Shown here piece by piece: positions 9,660-18,198 of a stretch of DNA of 32,000 nucleotides (position 1 is its first letter; each line of letters begins with the position of its first letter). The position numbers and the translations under genes were made by a program. The DNA comes from Acidobacteriota bacterium (GTDB taxonomy: Bacteria > Acidobacteriota > Terriglobia > UBA7540). A model generated the notes under the pieces. The model was given only the letters and a program-made list of their open reading frames with translations, was not told the origin of the DNA and did not search any database. The DNA lies in assembly GCA_902812415.1 (NCBI GenBank), contig CADDZJ010000025.1, positions 7,931-39,930 of the forward strand. The letters run 5' to 3'.

Positions 9660-10956
9660 CAATCGGGGTGGAATCAAACATCCCGTGGTTCGGGATGTAT
9701 GCGCCACGCGAGGATTGAGATGATGCTTTATGCTCCCTCGAAACCGCCTTCAGTTCATCGTTGCTTTGCCCGACTTCCGGGAGCTTGACGCCGCTGATTT
9801 CATGCTGTAATTCATCCCGGACAGCCTTCTGCATGCGGGCCGCCTTCTCGAATTGGGATCGGGCTTGCGCGCGGCGGCCCATGCCAAGCAGCACCCGCCC
9901 CCGGAGGTAGTAGACGCTGGCACTGCGAGGGTCAAGCTTCCCTGCCTGATCCAGGGCCTTCAGGGCTTCGTCATATTGCTTTTCTTGCAAGTCAATCTCT
10001 GCCAGCCCGTAGTAGGCGCTCGCAAGGCGCGGATCAAGCCGCAGAGCGTCACGATAATAGCGACGGGCTTCCTGGTTCTGCTGGAGGTAAGAACAAACCA
10101 GCCCGAGTTCGTCGTAAGTGTAGGGGACGTCGGGATCGATCGCGAGATCACTCAGAAACTCCGCCTTGGCGCGCGCGAAGTCATGCAGCCGGAGAGCGGC
10201 GATCCCCAGATAAAAGTGGACGTAAGGAAGTCTGGGGTTGTCTTGCGCGGCGCGTTCAAGTTCGGCAATCGCCTGATGATTTGCCAGGCGAGCCAGATCA
10301 GCCTTGCCCATGAGCAGGTGCATCTCGGGCGAGTCGCCGCCCACCGCGAGAAGTTGCGTCACCGCCCGATTTTCCAACGCGCGCTGGTTTGTTTCGCCGC
10401 TCGCCACGCTTATCACGTAAAGGTAGGTCATATCCTTCGATTCCTGATTCCAGAGTGGTTCGAGCGCCTGAAGAGCTTCGGTGTAATGCTCGGTGAAAAA
10501 GTAACAGAGGCCGAGCAGATAACGCGCCTGCGCCGATTGCGGCTCATCACGAACCACGGACTGAAGCGGCGCGATGGCAGATTGGTAATCGCCCTGGCGA
10601 TAGTAAACCAGACCGATATCCAGGCGGACGCCGGGAACTCCCGGAGCCAGCTTTTCAGCCGTCTTCAATTCGGCGAGAGCGCGCGTCCACTGCTTGCGTC
10701 GCTCTGCGATCACTCCCAGGTTCGCATGAGCGCCGGCATTATTCGGGTCAAGTGAGATTACCTGATGGAAGTCTTCTTCCGCCTCATCCAGGTTGTTTCG
10801 AGCGAGAGCCTGCTGGCCGGAGAGGGAAAGCGCCTTCAGACTGGAACGGCGTTCCTCGGGCTGCCTTGCGCTCTGTGCGGCGCCCCTTGGTGAGCAAAGA
10901 GAAAACATCAAGCCTGCAAGCGCTGACGCGACGAAGCCGAGAGTCCATCTCCGCAA
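9640..10956 (-). CDS. Secreted tetratricopeptide-repeat (TPR) protein
   Basis: N-terminal signal peptide (MRRWTLGFVASALAGLMFSLCSPRGAAQ) followed by at least 7 readable 34-residue TPR units (e.g. AYYGLAEIDLQEKQYDEALKALDQAGKLDP). No catalytic motif recognised. Confidence 0.8.
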   Translation of the reverse strand: MRRWTLGFVASALAGLMFSLCSPRGAAQSARQPEERRSSLKALSLSGQQALARNNLDEAEEDFHQVISLDPNNAGAHANLGVIAERRKQWTRALAELKTAEKLAPGVPGVRLDIGLVYYRQGDYQSAIAPLQSVVRDEPQSAQARYLLGLCYFFTEHYTEALQALEPLWNQESKDMTYLYVISVASGETNQRALENRAVTQLLAVGGDSPEMHLLMGKADLARLANHQAIAELERAAQDNPRLPYVHFYLGIAALRLHDFARAKAEFLSDLAIDPDVPYTYDELGLVCSYLQQNQEARRYYRDALRLDPRLASAYYGLAEIDLQEKQYDEALKALDQAGKLDPRSASVYYLRGRVLLGMGRRAQARSQFEKAARMQKAVRDELQHEISGVKLPEVGQSNDELKAVSREHKASSQSSRGAYIPNHGMFDSTPIENKGRR

Positions 10957-11114
10957 ATCCCTCCGCCTCCTTCTCTCGCTTATTCTAACAGGTTGCTGAA
11001 AGGCTCTTGAAGCCCGCGGAGCTGAGCTCCGACGCTGCTAATTCTTGGAGCATGAAACAGGCCGGATTGTTGAATGCCGCGGCAACGGTAAAACTACTTA
11101 GCGCAGAGACTCTA

Positions 11115-11143
11115 TTGACATTGCGTGTCTCGAGAGGTATATA
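11115..11143 (+). promoter_or_regulatory. Near-consensus sigma70-type promoter upstream of the OMP gene
   Basis: TTGACA (11115-11120), a 17-nt spacer, then TATATA (11138-11143). This predicts a ~95-nt leader before the ATG at 11244. Confidence 0.5.
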
Positions 11144-11243
11144 CCTTGTAAGCTTTGTAAGGAATATTTAGGAATGGCTTGACGCAAGCCTTACAAGAGC
11201 GGTACGAAGGCACATCAAGCAAACCTTTATTGGGAGGGCCAAA

Positions 11244-14200
11244 ATGAAATCAGCCATTTTGCGTTTCAGCATGTTGCTTGCCGCTTTGTGCGTTACGAGC
11301 CTGCTTTGGGGGCAAGCGATTACCAGTTCGATTACCGGCACCGTGACGGACACCTCCGGGGCGGTCGTCCCGGGCGCTTCCGTAACCATTAGCGACCCCT
11401 CGCTGGGCGTGACGCGCAGGACGACCACGAATGGCGCAGGAAGTTATCTGGTGTCTGCCCTGCCGGCCGGGACCTACAATCTCATGATCTCCGCCAACGG
11501 ATTCAAAACCTACCGCGCCAGTGGCATTGTGGTGCAGGCTGCGCGGAAGATTCGAGCGGATGTCACCTTGCAGGTGGGCGCAGTTTCGACTCAGATTACC
11601 GTTCAGGGGGTGAACATCGGCCAGGTGCAGACTCAGACTTCCCAACTGGGCGGGACGATTACCGGCAGACAGATTACGCAACTGGAGTTGAACGGCCGCA
11701 ACTTCACCCAACTGATTACGCTCGTGCCTGGAGTGAATAACCAGACGGGCCAGGAGGAAGGCACGGTGGGTGTGTATGGCAGCGTCGGCTACAGCGTGAA
11801 CGGCGGCCGCACGGAGTACAACAATTGGGAAGTGGACGGCGTCAGCATCTTGGATACGGGCAGCAATGGAACCATCAACGTTTATCCTAGCGTGGACGCC
11901 ATCGGCGAAACGCGGGTTCTCACCTCCAATTACGGCGCGCAATATGGCCAGAACGCTTCCGGAACGGTCGTCGCCGTCCTCAAGTCCGGAACAAGCCAGT
12001 TTCACGGCGACGCCTATGAATTTAATCGCAACGAAATCTTCAACGCCCGCAGCTTTTTCGACGTCGGTCGGCCGGCTTACAAGAAAAACGACTACGGGTA
12101 TACTTTTGGCGGCCCGTTTTACATACCCGGACATTACAACACCGACAAGAGCAAAACGTTTTTCTTCTGGTCTGAGGAATGGCGCAAGGAAACAAACCCC
12201 AGTTCCTTTGACGTTCAGGTTCCTTCCACCCTGGAACGGCAGGGCGACTTTTCGGACGTTTGTCCGGGAACCGATTGCCCCATCGATCCGGTGACGGGCG
12301 CGTCCTTCCCTGGCAATCAGGTGCCGATCGACCCCAATGCCACCGCAGAAATGGCCATGATCCCCGCTCCCAATTCGGGCAGCGGCGTCCTTTCTTTCTA
12401 TCGCGCTTCGGCGTCCTTTCCCACTTCCTGGCGACAGGAATTGATCCGCGTGGATCAGAACATTACGCCCAAAGTGCGAATGATGGTGCATTACATTCAT
12501 GACTCGTGGTTCACGGTGACGCCAACCACGCTGTGGAGCACTGGGAACTTTCCCACCATCAACACCGACTTCAACGGCCCGGGCACGAGCTTTGTCACTC
12601 AGCTTGCGGCCAGCGCCTCGCCGACTCTGCTGAACGAGTTTATCTTCGGTTATACGGCGGACCATATCATCCTCAAGAACAAGGGCGCATGGCAGCGACC
12701 CTCCTCCATGACGATGACGGGGCTTTTCAATAACGGCTTCGGCGGCAAGCTGACCGGGGTCAGCATTTGTTGCAACGCGGCGTATGGCGGCGGCTTCGGC
12801 GAAGATCCGGGGTTCATTAATCCGTCGAGTCCCATCTACAATTCCAATCCGATCTATACCTTCAGGGACATGGCCACCAAAATCGCCGGGAATCACAACC
12901 TGACCTTTGGAGGAGATTTCATTGCTTATCAGAAGAACGAGCAGGGGACGCCCGACGTTCAAGGCTTCCTGACTTTCGACAGCACCGATTCGGCCATCAC
13001 GACGGGCAACGGCTGGGCCGACTTCCTCCTGGGCCGCATTGCCAACTTCTCCCAGACCAACCTCCAGGCCAAGTATTACAATCGGTATAAGATTTTTTCG
13101 CCTTATCTTCAGGATGACTGGCACGTGAGCCGGAAGCTGACGTTGAACCTGGGGTTTCGGGCCGAGCTTTTCGGCACGTTTCGGCCCCGCTATCACCATG
13201 AGTTCAATTTTGAGCAGCAGGCATACGACCCGGCTCGTGCGCCGCAGATCGACGTGGATGGAAGCATTACCGGCCAGGCAGGCGCTCTGGTGCCCGGCGT
13301 AGGCAATCCCTTTGACGGCCTGGTCCAGTGCGGCGTGGGCGGCGCGCCGCCGGGCTGCATGAAAGGCCACCTGTTCAACCCTTCGCCGCGCATTGGCTTT
13401 GCCTGGGACCCGTTCGGCCACGGGACTACGGCCATTCGCGGCGGCTATGCCATTTTCTACGACCACACGAACGGCAACGAGGCCAATAGCGAGTCGCTCG
13501 AAGGGACGCCGCCCTACGCCCTGACTCCGACGGTTTTTAACATCGATGGCTACACCAGCATTCCGAGCGCGAGCGGCCCGCAGGCCCTGCTTTTTCCGCT
13601 CAGCTTGACGGCGGTTGAGCCTCAAATCTTCTGGCCCTACATGCAGCAGTGGAATCTGGACGTGCAGCACAATATTGGCTCGAACACGGTGCTGAGCGTC
13701 GCCTACGTGGGCAGCAAGGGAACGCACCTGACCGACCAGCGCGACCTGAACCAGATCTTCCCCATCCCTACGTCCCAGGATCCATTTGCTCCCGGTCAGC
13801 CCATCACCTCAGATGTTTGTAGTTCCAGCCCGCTCGCCGTGAATGGGACGCCCGTGACCGGGCAGGCTGCTGTTAATCTGAACGTCGCCTGCGGCAATGT
13901 CACCACGCCCGATCCCTACCGGCCCATTACCGGGTATGGCAACATCACCTTCCTCGAGACTCAGGCGAACTCCAGCTATAACGCTCTGGAGGTTTATTTA
14001 CGCCGCACAATAGGCCACGCTCAGTTCAGCCTCGCCTACACTTACGGTCACTCCATCGACAACTCATCAGACCGCTACGATGGCACTTTCGTGAACTCCT
14101 ATAATCTGGAGCGGACACGCGCCAGCTCCAACTTTGATGAGCGCCACATCCTGGCAGGCAGCTACGTCTATGACTTGCCATTCTTCCAGCATGCCAACCC

Positions 14201-14741
14201 GGTGCTGCGCGGCGCGCTCGGCGGCTGGGAGCTTTCAGGCATCGTCAGCTTCCACACGGGGACGCCCTTCAGCGTCACCAATGGCGTTTTCGGCGATAAC
14301 GCGGGTGTGGCGAACGGAGTGGGAACCGGGTCTTATCCGGATATCTGCGGCAACATCAATCAGGCCCCTTCTCAAACCAATATTCCGGGCATCTTCGCGC
14401 CTCTGCTTTACAACCCGGGCGCATTTTGCGCGCCGCGCGGGCTGACCTTTGGCGATGCCGGCCGCAACATCCTTTACATGCCCAGCCAATGGGATTGGGA
14501 TACGGGCCTGTTCAAGAACATTCCGCTCCACGGCGAAAAGACCTATCTCCAATTCCGCGCTGAGGCCTTCAATGTGCTCAATGACGTTCGGTGGACTTCC
14601 ATGAACACCGGCATCAGTTGCTATGGCGGGTCGGACAATTCCGCTGGAGATCCGAGTTGCGTGGGCGCAAACAGCTTTCTCCATCCCAGTAACGCCGGGC
14701 TCGGACGAATCTTCCAGTTCGGACTGAAGTTGATTTTCTGA
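11244..14741 (+). CDS. TonB-dependent-receptor-like outer-membrane protein with N-terminal carboxypeptidase-regulatory-like domain
   Basis: Signal peptide (MKSAILRFSMLLAALCVTSLLWGQA), then the CarboxypepD_reg-like segment ITGTVTDTSGAVVPGASVTI...GSYLVSALPAGTYNLMISANGFKT. The long Gly/Asn/Tyr-rich beta-barrel-like sequence ends in the OMP-type terminal ...FGLKLIF. RBS GGGAGGG sits 7 nt upstream. Confidence 0.85.
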   Translation: MKSAILRFSMLLAALCVTSLLWGQAITSSITGTVTDTSGAVVPGASVTISDPSLGVTRRTTTNGAGSYLVSALPAGTYNLMISANGFKTYRASGIVVQAARKIRADVTLQVGAVSTQITVQGVNIGQVQTQTSQLGGTITGRQITQLELNGRNFTQLITLVPGVNNQTGQEEGTVGVYGSVGYSVNGGRTEYNNWEVDGVSILDTGSNGTINVYPSVDAIGETRVLTSNYGAQYGQNASGTVVAVLKSGTSQFHGDAYEFNRNEIFNARSFFDVGRPAYKKNDYGYTFGGPFYIPGHYNTDKSKTFFFWSEEWRKETNPSSFDVQVPSTLERQGDFSDVCPGTDCPIDPVTGASFPGNQVPIDPNATAEMAMIPAPNSGSGVLSFYRASASFPTSWRQELIRVDQNITPKVRMMVHYIHDSWFTVTPTTLWSTGNFPTINTDFNGPGTSFVTQLAASASPTLLNEFIFGYTADHIILKNKGAWQRPSSMTMTGLFNNGFGGKLTGVSICCNAAYGGGFGEDPGFINPSSPIYNSNPIYTFRDMATKIAGNHNLTFGGDFIAYQKNEQGTPDVQGFLTFDSTDSAITTGNGWADFLLGRIANFSQTNLQAKYYNRYKIFSPYLQDDWHVSRKLTLNLGFRAELFGTFRPRYHHEFNFEQQAYDPARAPQIDVDGSITGQAGALVPGVGNPFDGLVQCGVGGAPPGCMKGHLFNPSPRIGFAWDPFGHGTTAIRGGYAIFYDHTNGNEANSESLEGTPPYALTPTVFNIDGYTSIPSASGPQALLFPLSLTAVEPQIFWPYMQQWNLDVQHNIGSNTVLSVAYVGSKGTHLTDQRDLNQIFPIPTSQDPFAPGQPITSDVCSSSPLAVNGTPVTGQAAVNLNVACGNVTTPDPYRPITGYGNITFLETQANSSYNALEVYLRRTIGHAQFSLAYTYGHSIDNSSDRYDGTFVNSYNLERTRASSNFDERHILAGSYVYDLPFFQHANPVLRGALGGWELSGIVSFHTGTPFSVTNGVFGDNAGVANGVGTGSYPDICGNINQAPSQTNIPGIFAPLLYNPGAFCAPRGLTFGDAGRNILYMPSQWDWDTGLFKNIPLHGEKTYLQFRAEAFNVLNDVRWTSMNTGISCYGGSDNSAGDPSCVGANSFLHPSNAGLGRIFQFGLKLIF

Positions 14742-14768
14742 TGCGCATGAAGTCAACAAGCGGGAAAC

Positions 14769-16715
14769 TCAGTCCAGCAAATTGCGAAAGTGCGCGAGGG
14801 CGTAAAGAGGGAAATTGATCCGATAGAGGTGATATTTCAGGTAAAAGACGCGAGGGAAGCCGGTTCCTGTCCACAACTTCTCATTCCAGGTTCCGTCCGG
14901 GTTCTGATGATCGAGCAGATAGTTCACGGCGCGCAGGGCGGCAGGGTCGGAAGGCGAGCCGGCTGCAAGCAAGCCGATCAACCCCCAGGCAGTCTGGGAT
15001 GCGGTGCTCTGCCCTTTGCCTTTCAGCGAAGGATCATCATAGGAGGCGATGGATTCGCCAAAGCCGCCGTCGGAATTCTGCACTGAGCGAAGCCAGGCGA
15101 GCGCGCGCTGGGCGAATTCAGCGTTCTGGAAGCCCACCGTTTCGAGCGCGCGGAGCGCCCCGCTGGTTCCGTAAATATAATTCACGCCCCAACGTCCATA
15201 CCAGGCGCCTTCGGAAGTCTGCTCCTTTTTGAGATATTCGATGGCGCGACGGACAGCAGGATGCGAGGCGGAATATCCAAAGCGTCCCAGGCACTCGAGA
15301 GCGCGCGCGGCAAGATCCGGCGTCGAGGGATCAATCATGGCGTTGTGGTCGGCGAAGGGCACGCGGGTGAGCACGGCGCAGTCATTATCCTTATCAAAAG
15401 CGCCCCAGCCGCCGTCGCGGTTCTGCATACTGATGACCCAGTCAAGCCCCTTTTTCAAGGCATGCTTCAGGCGCGCCGGATCAGGATAAGCCACCGGCTG
15501 AAGAGCCATAAGGACAAAGGCCGAGTCATCCACGTCAGGATAAAAATCGTTCTGGAACTCAAAAGCCCATCCCCCGGGATCAACTCCGGGGTTCTTCACC
15601 TGCCAGTCTCCAGGCCCGAGCACCTGCTTGCGGAGGAGCCATTGGGCAGCGCGGACAAGCGCAGGATGATGGGTTGGAAGGCCCGCCTCCGTCAGAGCGA
15701 CCATCGTCAGCGCCGTGTCCCATACTGGAGGCAGACAGGGCTGAAGGCGAATAGCATCGCTCTCTTCAATCTCAAAGTCTTGCAGAAACCCTCGCTCGCG
15801 CGCCGTAAGGGGATCATCCGCCGGATAACCCAGCGCCACGAGCGCGAAGATGGCATTGACCATTGCAGGATAGATGGCGCCCAGGCCTTCGCTGCGCTCC
15901 AGATGCTCCAGCAGCCAATGGCTGGTCCGGCGAAGCGCCCAGGCGCGGAAGGGTTTCCACGGCAGCGATTCGTAGAGTTTGAAGACGCGATCCGCCGCGA
16001 GGAAGAAATTATGCCAGGTGAGGGGGCGGCGGTCCCACCGAAGTGAGAGGATTTTTCGTTGTGGATCTTTGAAAAGCTCATGGACGCTGGCGCACTCGGG
16101 AAGCCGCCACTCCGGCTTCAGAGCATAGAGAATGGTCAGCGGCACCACAATGCCGCGCGTCCAGGAAGACATTTCGTAAAGGTTAATGGGGAACCAGTTC
16201 GGCAGAAGGATCAATTCGGGAGGCATGGCGGGAACCAGGTCCCAGCCGATTTTGCCGCAAAGAGCGAAGTAGAAGCGCGTATAGGAATTCGTCGCCTCCA
16301 GACCGCCCAGCTCCAGAGCGCGCTTGCGGGCGGCGGCCATATGAGGCGCTTCGGGAGAGTCGCCGGCCAGCTTCAGCGCGAAATAGGCTTTAACCGTAGC
16401 GTTAAGTTCCGAAGGGCCGCCGGCATAGATGTTCCAGCCTCCGTCGGGAAGCTGCTCGCGGCGGATCGTGTTGGCCAGCTTCGCAACGCGGTCGCGCTCA
16501 GCTTTGCCTAGAATGTGAAGATAAAAGATATAGTCGGATTCGAGCGTGGTATCGGCTTCGAGCTCTGCCACCCAGTAGCCAGGCTGTTTTTGAATGGAAA
16601 GAAGATAATGGGTTGTGCGATCAATCGCCTGCTGCAGCCGCTCTTTCAGACCCGGCTTGGATGGGCTCGCGGGTAACGGTTGCAGGGGTTGAGTTTTGGT
16701 CGCTTCTTGTGCCAT
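14769..16715 (-). CDS. shc: Squalene-hopene cyclase
   Basis: 648 aa with repeated QW-type motifs (e.g. QNRDGGWG, QNSDGGFG, QNPDGTWN) and the catalytic Asp-rich motif in the variant form DVDDSA (canonical DxDDTA). RBS GGAGG is 5 nt upstream of the ATG. Confidence 0.95.
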   Translation of the reverse strand: MAQEATKTQPLQPLPASPSKPGLKERLQQAIDRTTHYLLSIQKQPGYWVAELEADTTLESDYIFYLHILGKAERDRVAKLANTIRREQLPDGGWNIYAGGPSELNATVKAYFALKLAGDSPEAPHMAAARKRALELGGLEATNSYTRFYFALCGKIGWDLVPAMPPELILLPNWFPINLYEMSSWTRGIVVPLTILYALKPEWRLPECASVHELFKDPQRKILSLRWDRRPLTWHNFFLAADRVFKLYESLPWKPFRAWALRRTSHWLLEHLERSEGLGAIYPAMVNAIFALVALGYPADDPLTARERGFLQDFEIEESDAIRLQPCLPPVWDTALTMVALTEAGLPTHHPALVRAAQWLLRKQVLGPGDWQVKNPGVDPGGWAFEFQNDFYPDVDDSAFVLMALQPVAYPDPARLKHALKKGLDWVISMQNRDGGWGAFDKDNDCAVLTRVPFADHNAMIDPSTPDLAARALECLGRFGYSASHPAVRRAIEYLKKEQTSEGAWYGRWGVNYIYGTSGALRALETVGFQNAEFAQRALAWLRSVQNSDGGFGESIASYDDPSLKGKGQSTASQTAWGLIGLLAAGSPSDPAALRAVNYLLDHQNPDGTWNEKLWTGTGFPRVFYLKYHLYRINFPLYALAHFRNLLD

Positions 16716-16760
16716 GGGCCTCCGGGAGTTGCGCCGACGAGAAGAGAAACGAAAGGGGGC

Positions 16761-17735
16761 TCAGGCTCGCAGTTCGGTCGGCAGGGCAAAGCGGACGTCT
16801 TCCTGGATGATGTTGGCGTCCTCGATGTGGGTGTAGCCCCTTTTCTTGAGGTGCGCGACAACCTCTTCCACCAGAACTTCCGGCGTGGAAGCGCCGGCAG
16901 TAATGCCAATGCGCCGGCAACCGCTCAGCCACTGGGGTTGAATCTCATGGAAGTTGTTCACCAGATAGGCCCTGGCGCCGGCGTGTTTGGCCACTTCAAC
17001 CAGCCGATTGGAATTGGAACTATTTCGCGCCCCGACCACGAGCAGCAGATCAATCTGCGAGGCCACGGTTTTCACGGCTGTCTGGCGATTCTGGGTGGCG
17101 TAGCAGATGTCTTCCGCCGGAGGGGCTGAGATGGCGGGGAAGCGCTCCTTGAGCTTGGCTACAATTTCGGCGGTGTCGTCCACGCTCAAGGTGGTCTGGG
17201 TAAGATAGACGAGGCGCTCAGGATCAGGAACCTGAAGGTTTTCCACGTCCTCAACCGACGTGATAAGTTGCACCCGGCCCGGCGCTTCGCCCAGCGTCCC
17301 AATCACCTCATCGTGGTCACGATGGCCGATGAGCACGACGGAATAGTTTTCACGCACGTAACGAATGAGTTCCAGATGCACTTTGGTGACCAGCGGGCAG
17401 GTGGCGTCGATGACCCGCAGCTTGCGCTCCCGGGCAAGCTGGCGCACGGCAGGAGAAACGCCATGGGCGCTGAAAATCACGACCGACCCCTCCGGAGCTT
17501 CGTCTAACTCCTCGATGAAGATAGCGCCTTGCTCGGCAAGCTCGTCAACGACGTAGCGGTTGTGGACAATTTCTTTGCGGACGTACACCGGGCGGCCCAG
17601 CTTTTCCAGGGCCAGCCGCACAATATCAATGGCGCGCACCACTCCGGCGCAAAAGCCGCGAGGGCCCAGCAGCAGCAACGTACCCGGCTTCTCGGCAACG
17701 CTTTGCGAAGTTTCAACTTTCTCTTCGAGCATCAT
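16761..17735 (-). CDS. ispH: 4-hydroxy-3-methylbut-2-enyl diphosphate reductase (IspH/LytB)
   Basis: PRGFCAGVVRAIDIV, SAHGVSP, DATCPLVTKVH and ITAGASTPE are the conserved IspH blocks, including the three Fe-S Cys regions. It lies 45 nt upstream of shc on the same strand. Confidence 0.95.
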   Translation of the reverse strand: MMLEEKVETSQSVAEKPGTLLLLGPRGFCAGVVRAIDIVRLALEKLGRPVYVRKEIVHNRYVVDELAEQGAIFIEELDEAPEGSVVIFSAHGVSPAVRQLARERKLRVIDATCPLVTKVHLELIRYVRENYSVVLIGHRDHDEVIGTLGEAPGRVQLITSVEDVENLQVPDPERLVYLTQTTLSVDDTAEIVAKLKERFPAISAPPAEDICYATQNRQTAVKTVASQIDLLLVVGARNSSNSNRLVEVAKHAGARAYLVNNFHEIQPQWLSGCRRIGITAGASTPEVLVEEVVAHLKKRGYTHIEDANIIQEDVRFALPTELRA

Positions 17736-17960
17736 CGTTTTAGGGGTAACAACGCCTGACCATGATACTCAGGCTCTCGGAATCCGAAGACCAGCGGCTC
17801 GACGCATGCCCTCTCGGCTCGCTTCCGGAACGAGCATCAGTTCTTATTGCGGCTGCGTCCATAAAAACCGCATTCTCATCGTAAACTGTAAAACCCAATG
17901 AAGTCAACGCAAAGTGCGGTTACGAGTTGCGAAGGGCATGTAAAGCCAAAGCTTCCGCAA

Positions 17961-18093
17961 CCTGTCATTCTGAGGGGCCGAAGGCGATGAAGAATCCCTG
18001 TAGTAGTTTGATGATTCTGTTAATACAGGGATTCTTCCGCTTCGCGGAGTTTATCCTGAGCGAAGCCGAAGGGCTCAGCGTCGGCATGACAGG
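17961..18093. repeat. Palindromic repeat element, copy B (133-bp nested hairpin) between divergent ispH and rnr
   Basis: Outer ends CCTGTCAT (17961-17968) / ATGACAGG (18086-18093). A perfect 14-bp inner stem GAAGAATCCCTGTA (17989-18002) / TACAGGGATTCTTC (18024-18037) has a 21-nt loop. The right arm carries an extra internal hairpin CTGAGC (18056-18061) / GCTCAG (18073-18078). Confidence 0.75.
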
Positions 18094-18198
18094 CGAACGG
18101 GCTCAGCATGACATTATAGCTCCGAGATAGGTCACGCGTTTCAGTTATGCCTCGTCAGGCCTGGGGCGAAGGCTCTTCAGTTGTTGTACGCTATTTCT

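Noticed and set aside
11250-13727. 825-aa ORF antisense to the OMP gene. Similar long antisense or alternate-frame ORFs lie over nuoH (2132-3172), nuoL (4649-5758), nuoM (6718-7794), nuoN (8442-9413), the TPR gene (9853-10755), shc (15261-16046), the PBP genes (28353-29090, 28880-29575) and the GH51 gene (30561-31493).
   Set aside because: Their translations are Arg/Gly/Pro/His-rich low-complexity strings with no recognisable motifs. Each lies opposite, or out of frame with, a gene whose product has clear family signatures. Long shadow ORFs are expected in GC-rich DNA because stop codons are AT-rich.
14747-14757. The 11-mer ATGAAGTCAAC is shared between the OMP/shc convergent gap and the ispH-rnr intergenic region (17899-17909).
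   Set aside because: This is a single short exact match with no extended similarity in the flanks. Hundreds of such 11-mer coincidences are expected in a window of this size.
17927-18130. 67-aa ORF in the ispH-rnr intergenic region. Similar cases are 3650-3844 (-) and 3725-4378 (+) around the nuoI-nuoJ repeat.
   Set aside because: They are generated by the palindromic repeat elements: the two arms translate into mirror-like peptides. The 3725-4378 ORF also overlaps nuoJ out of frame.
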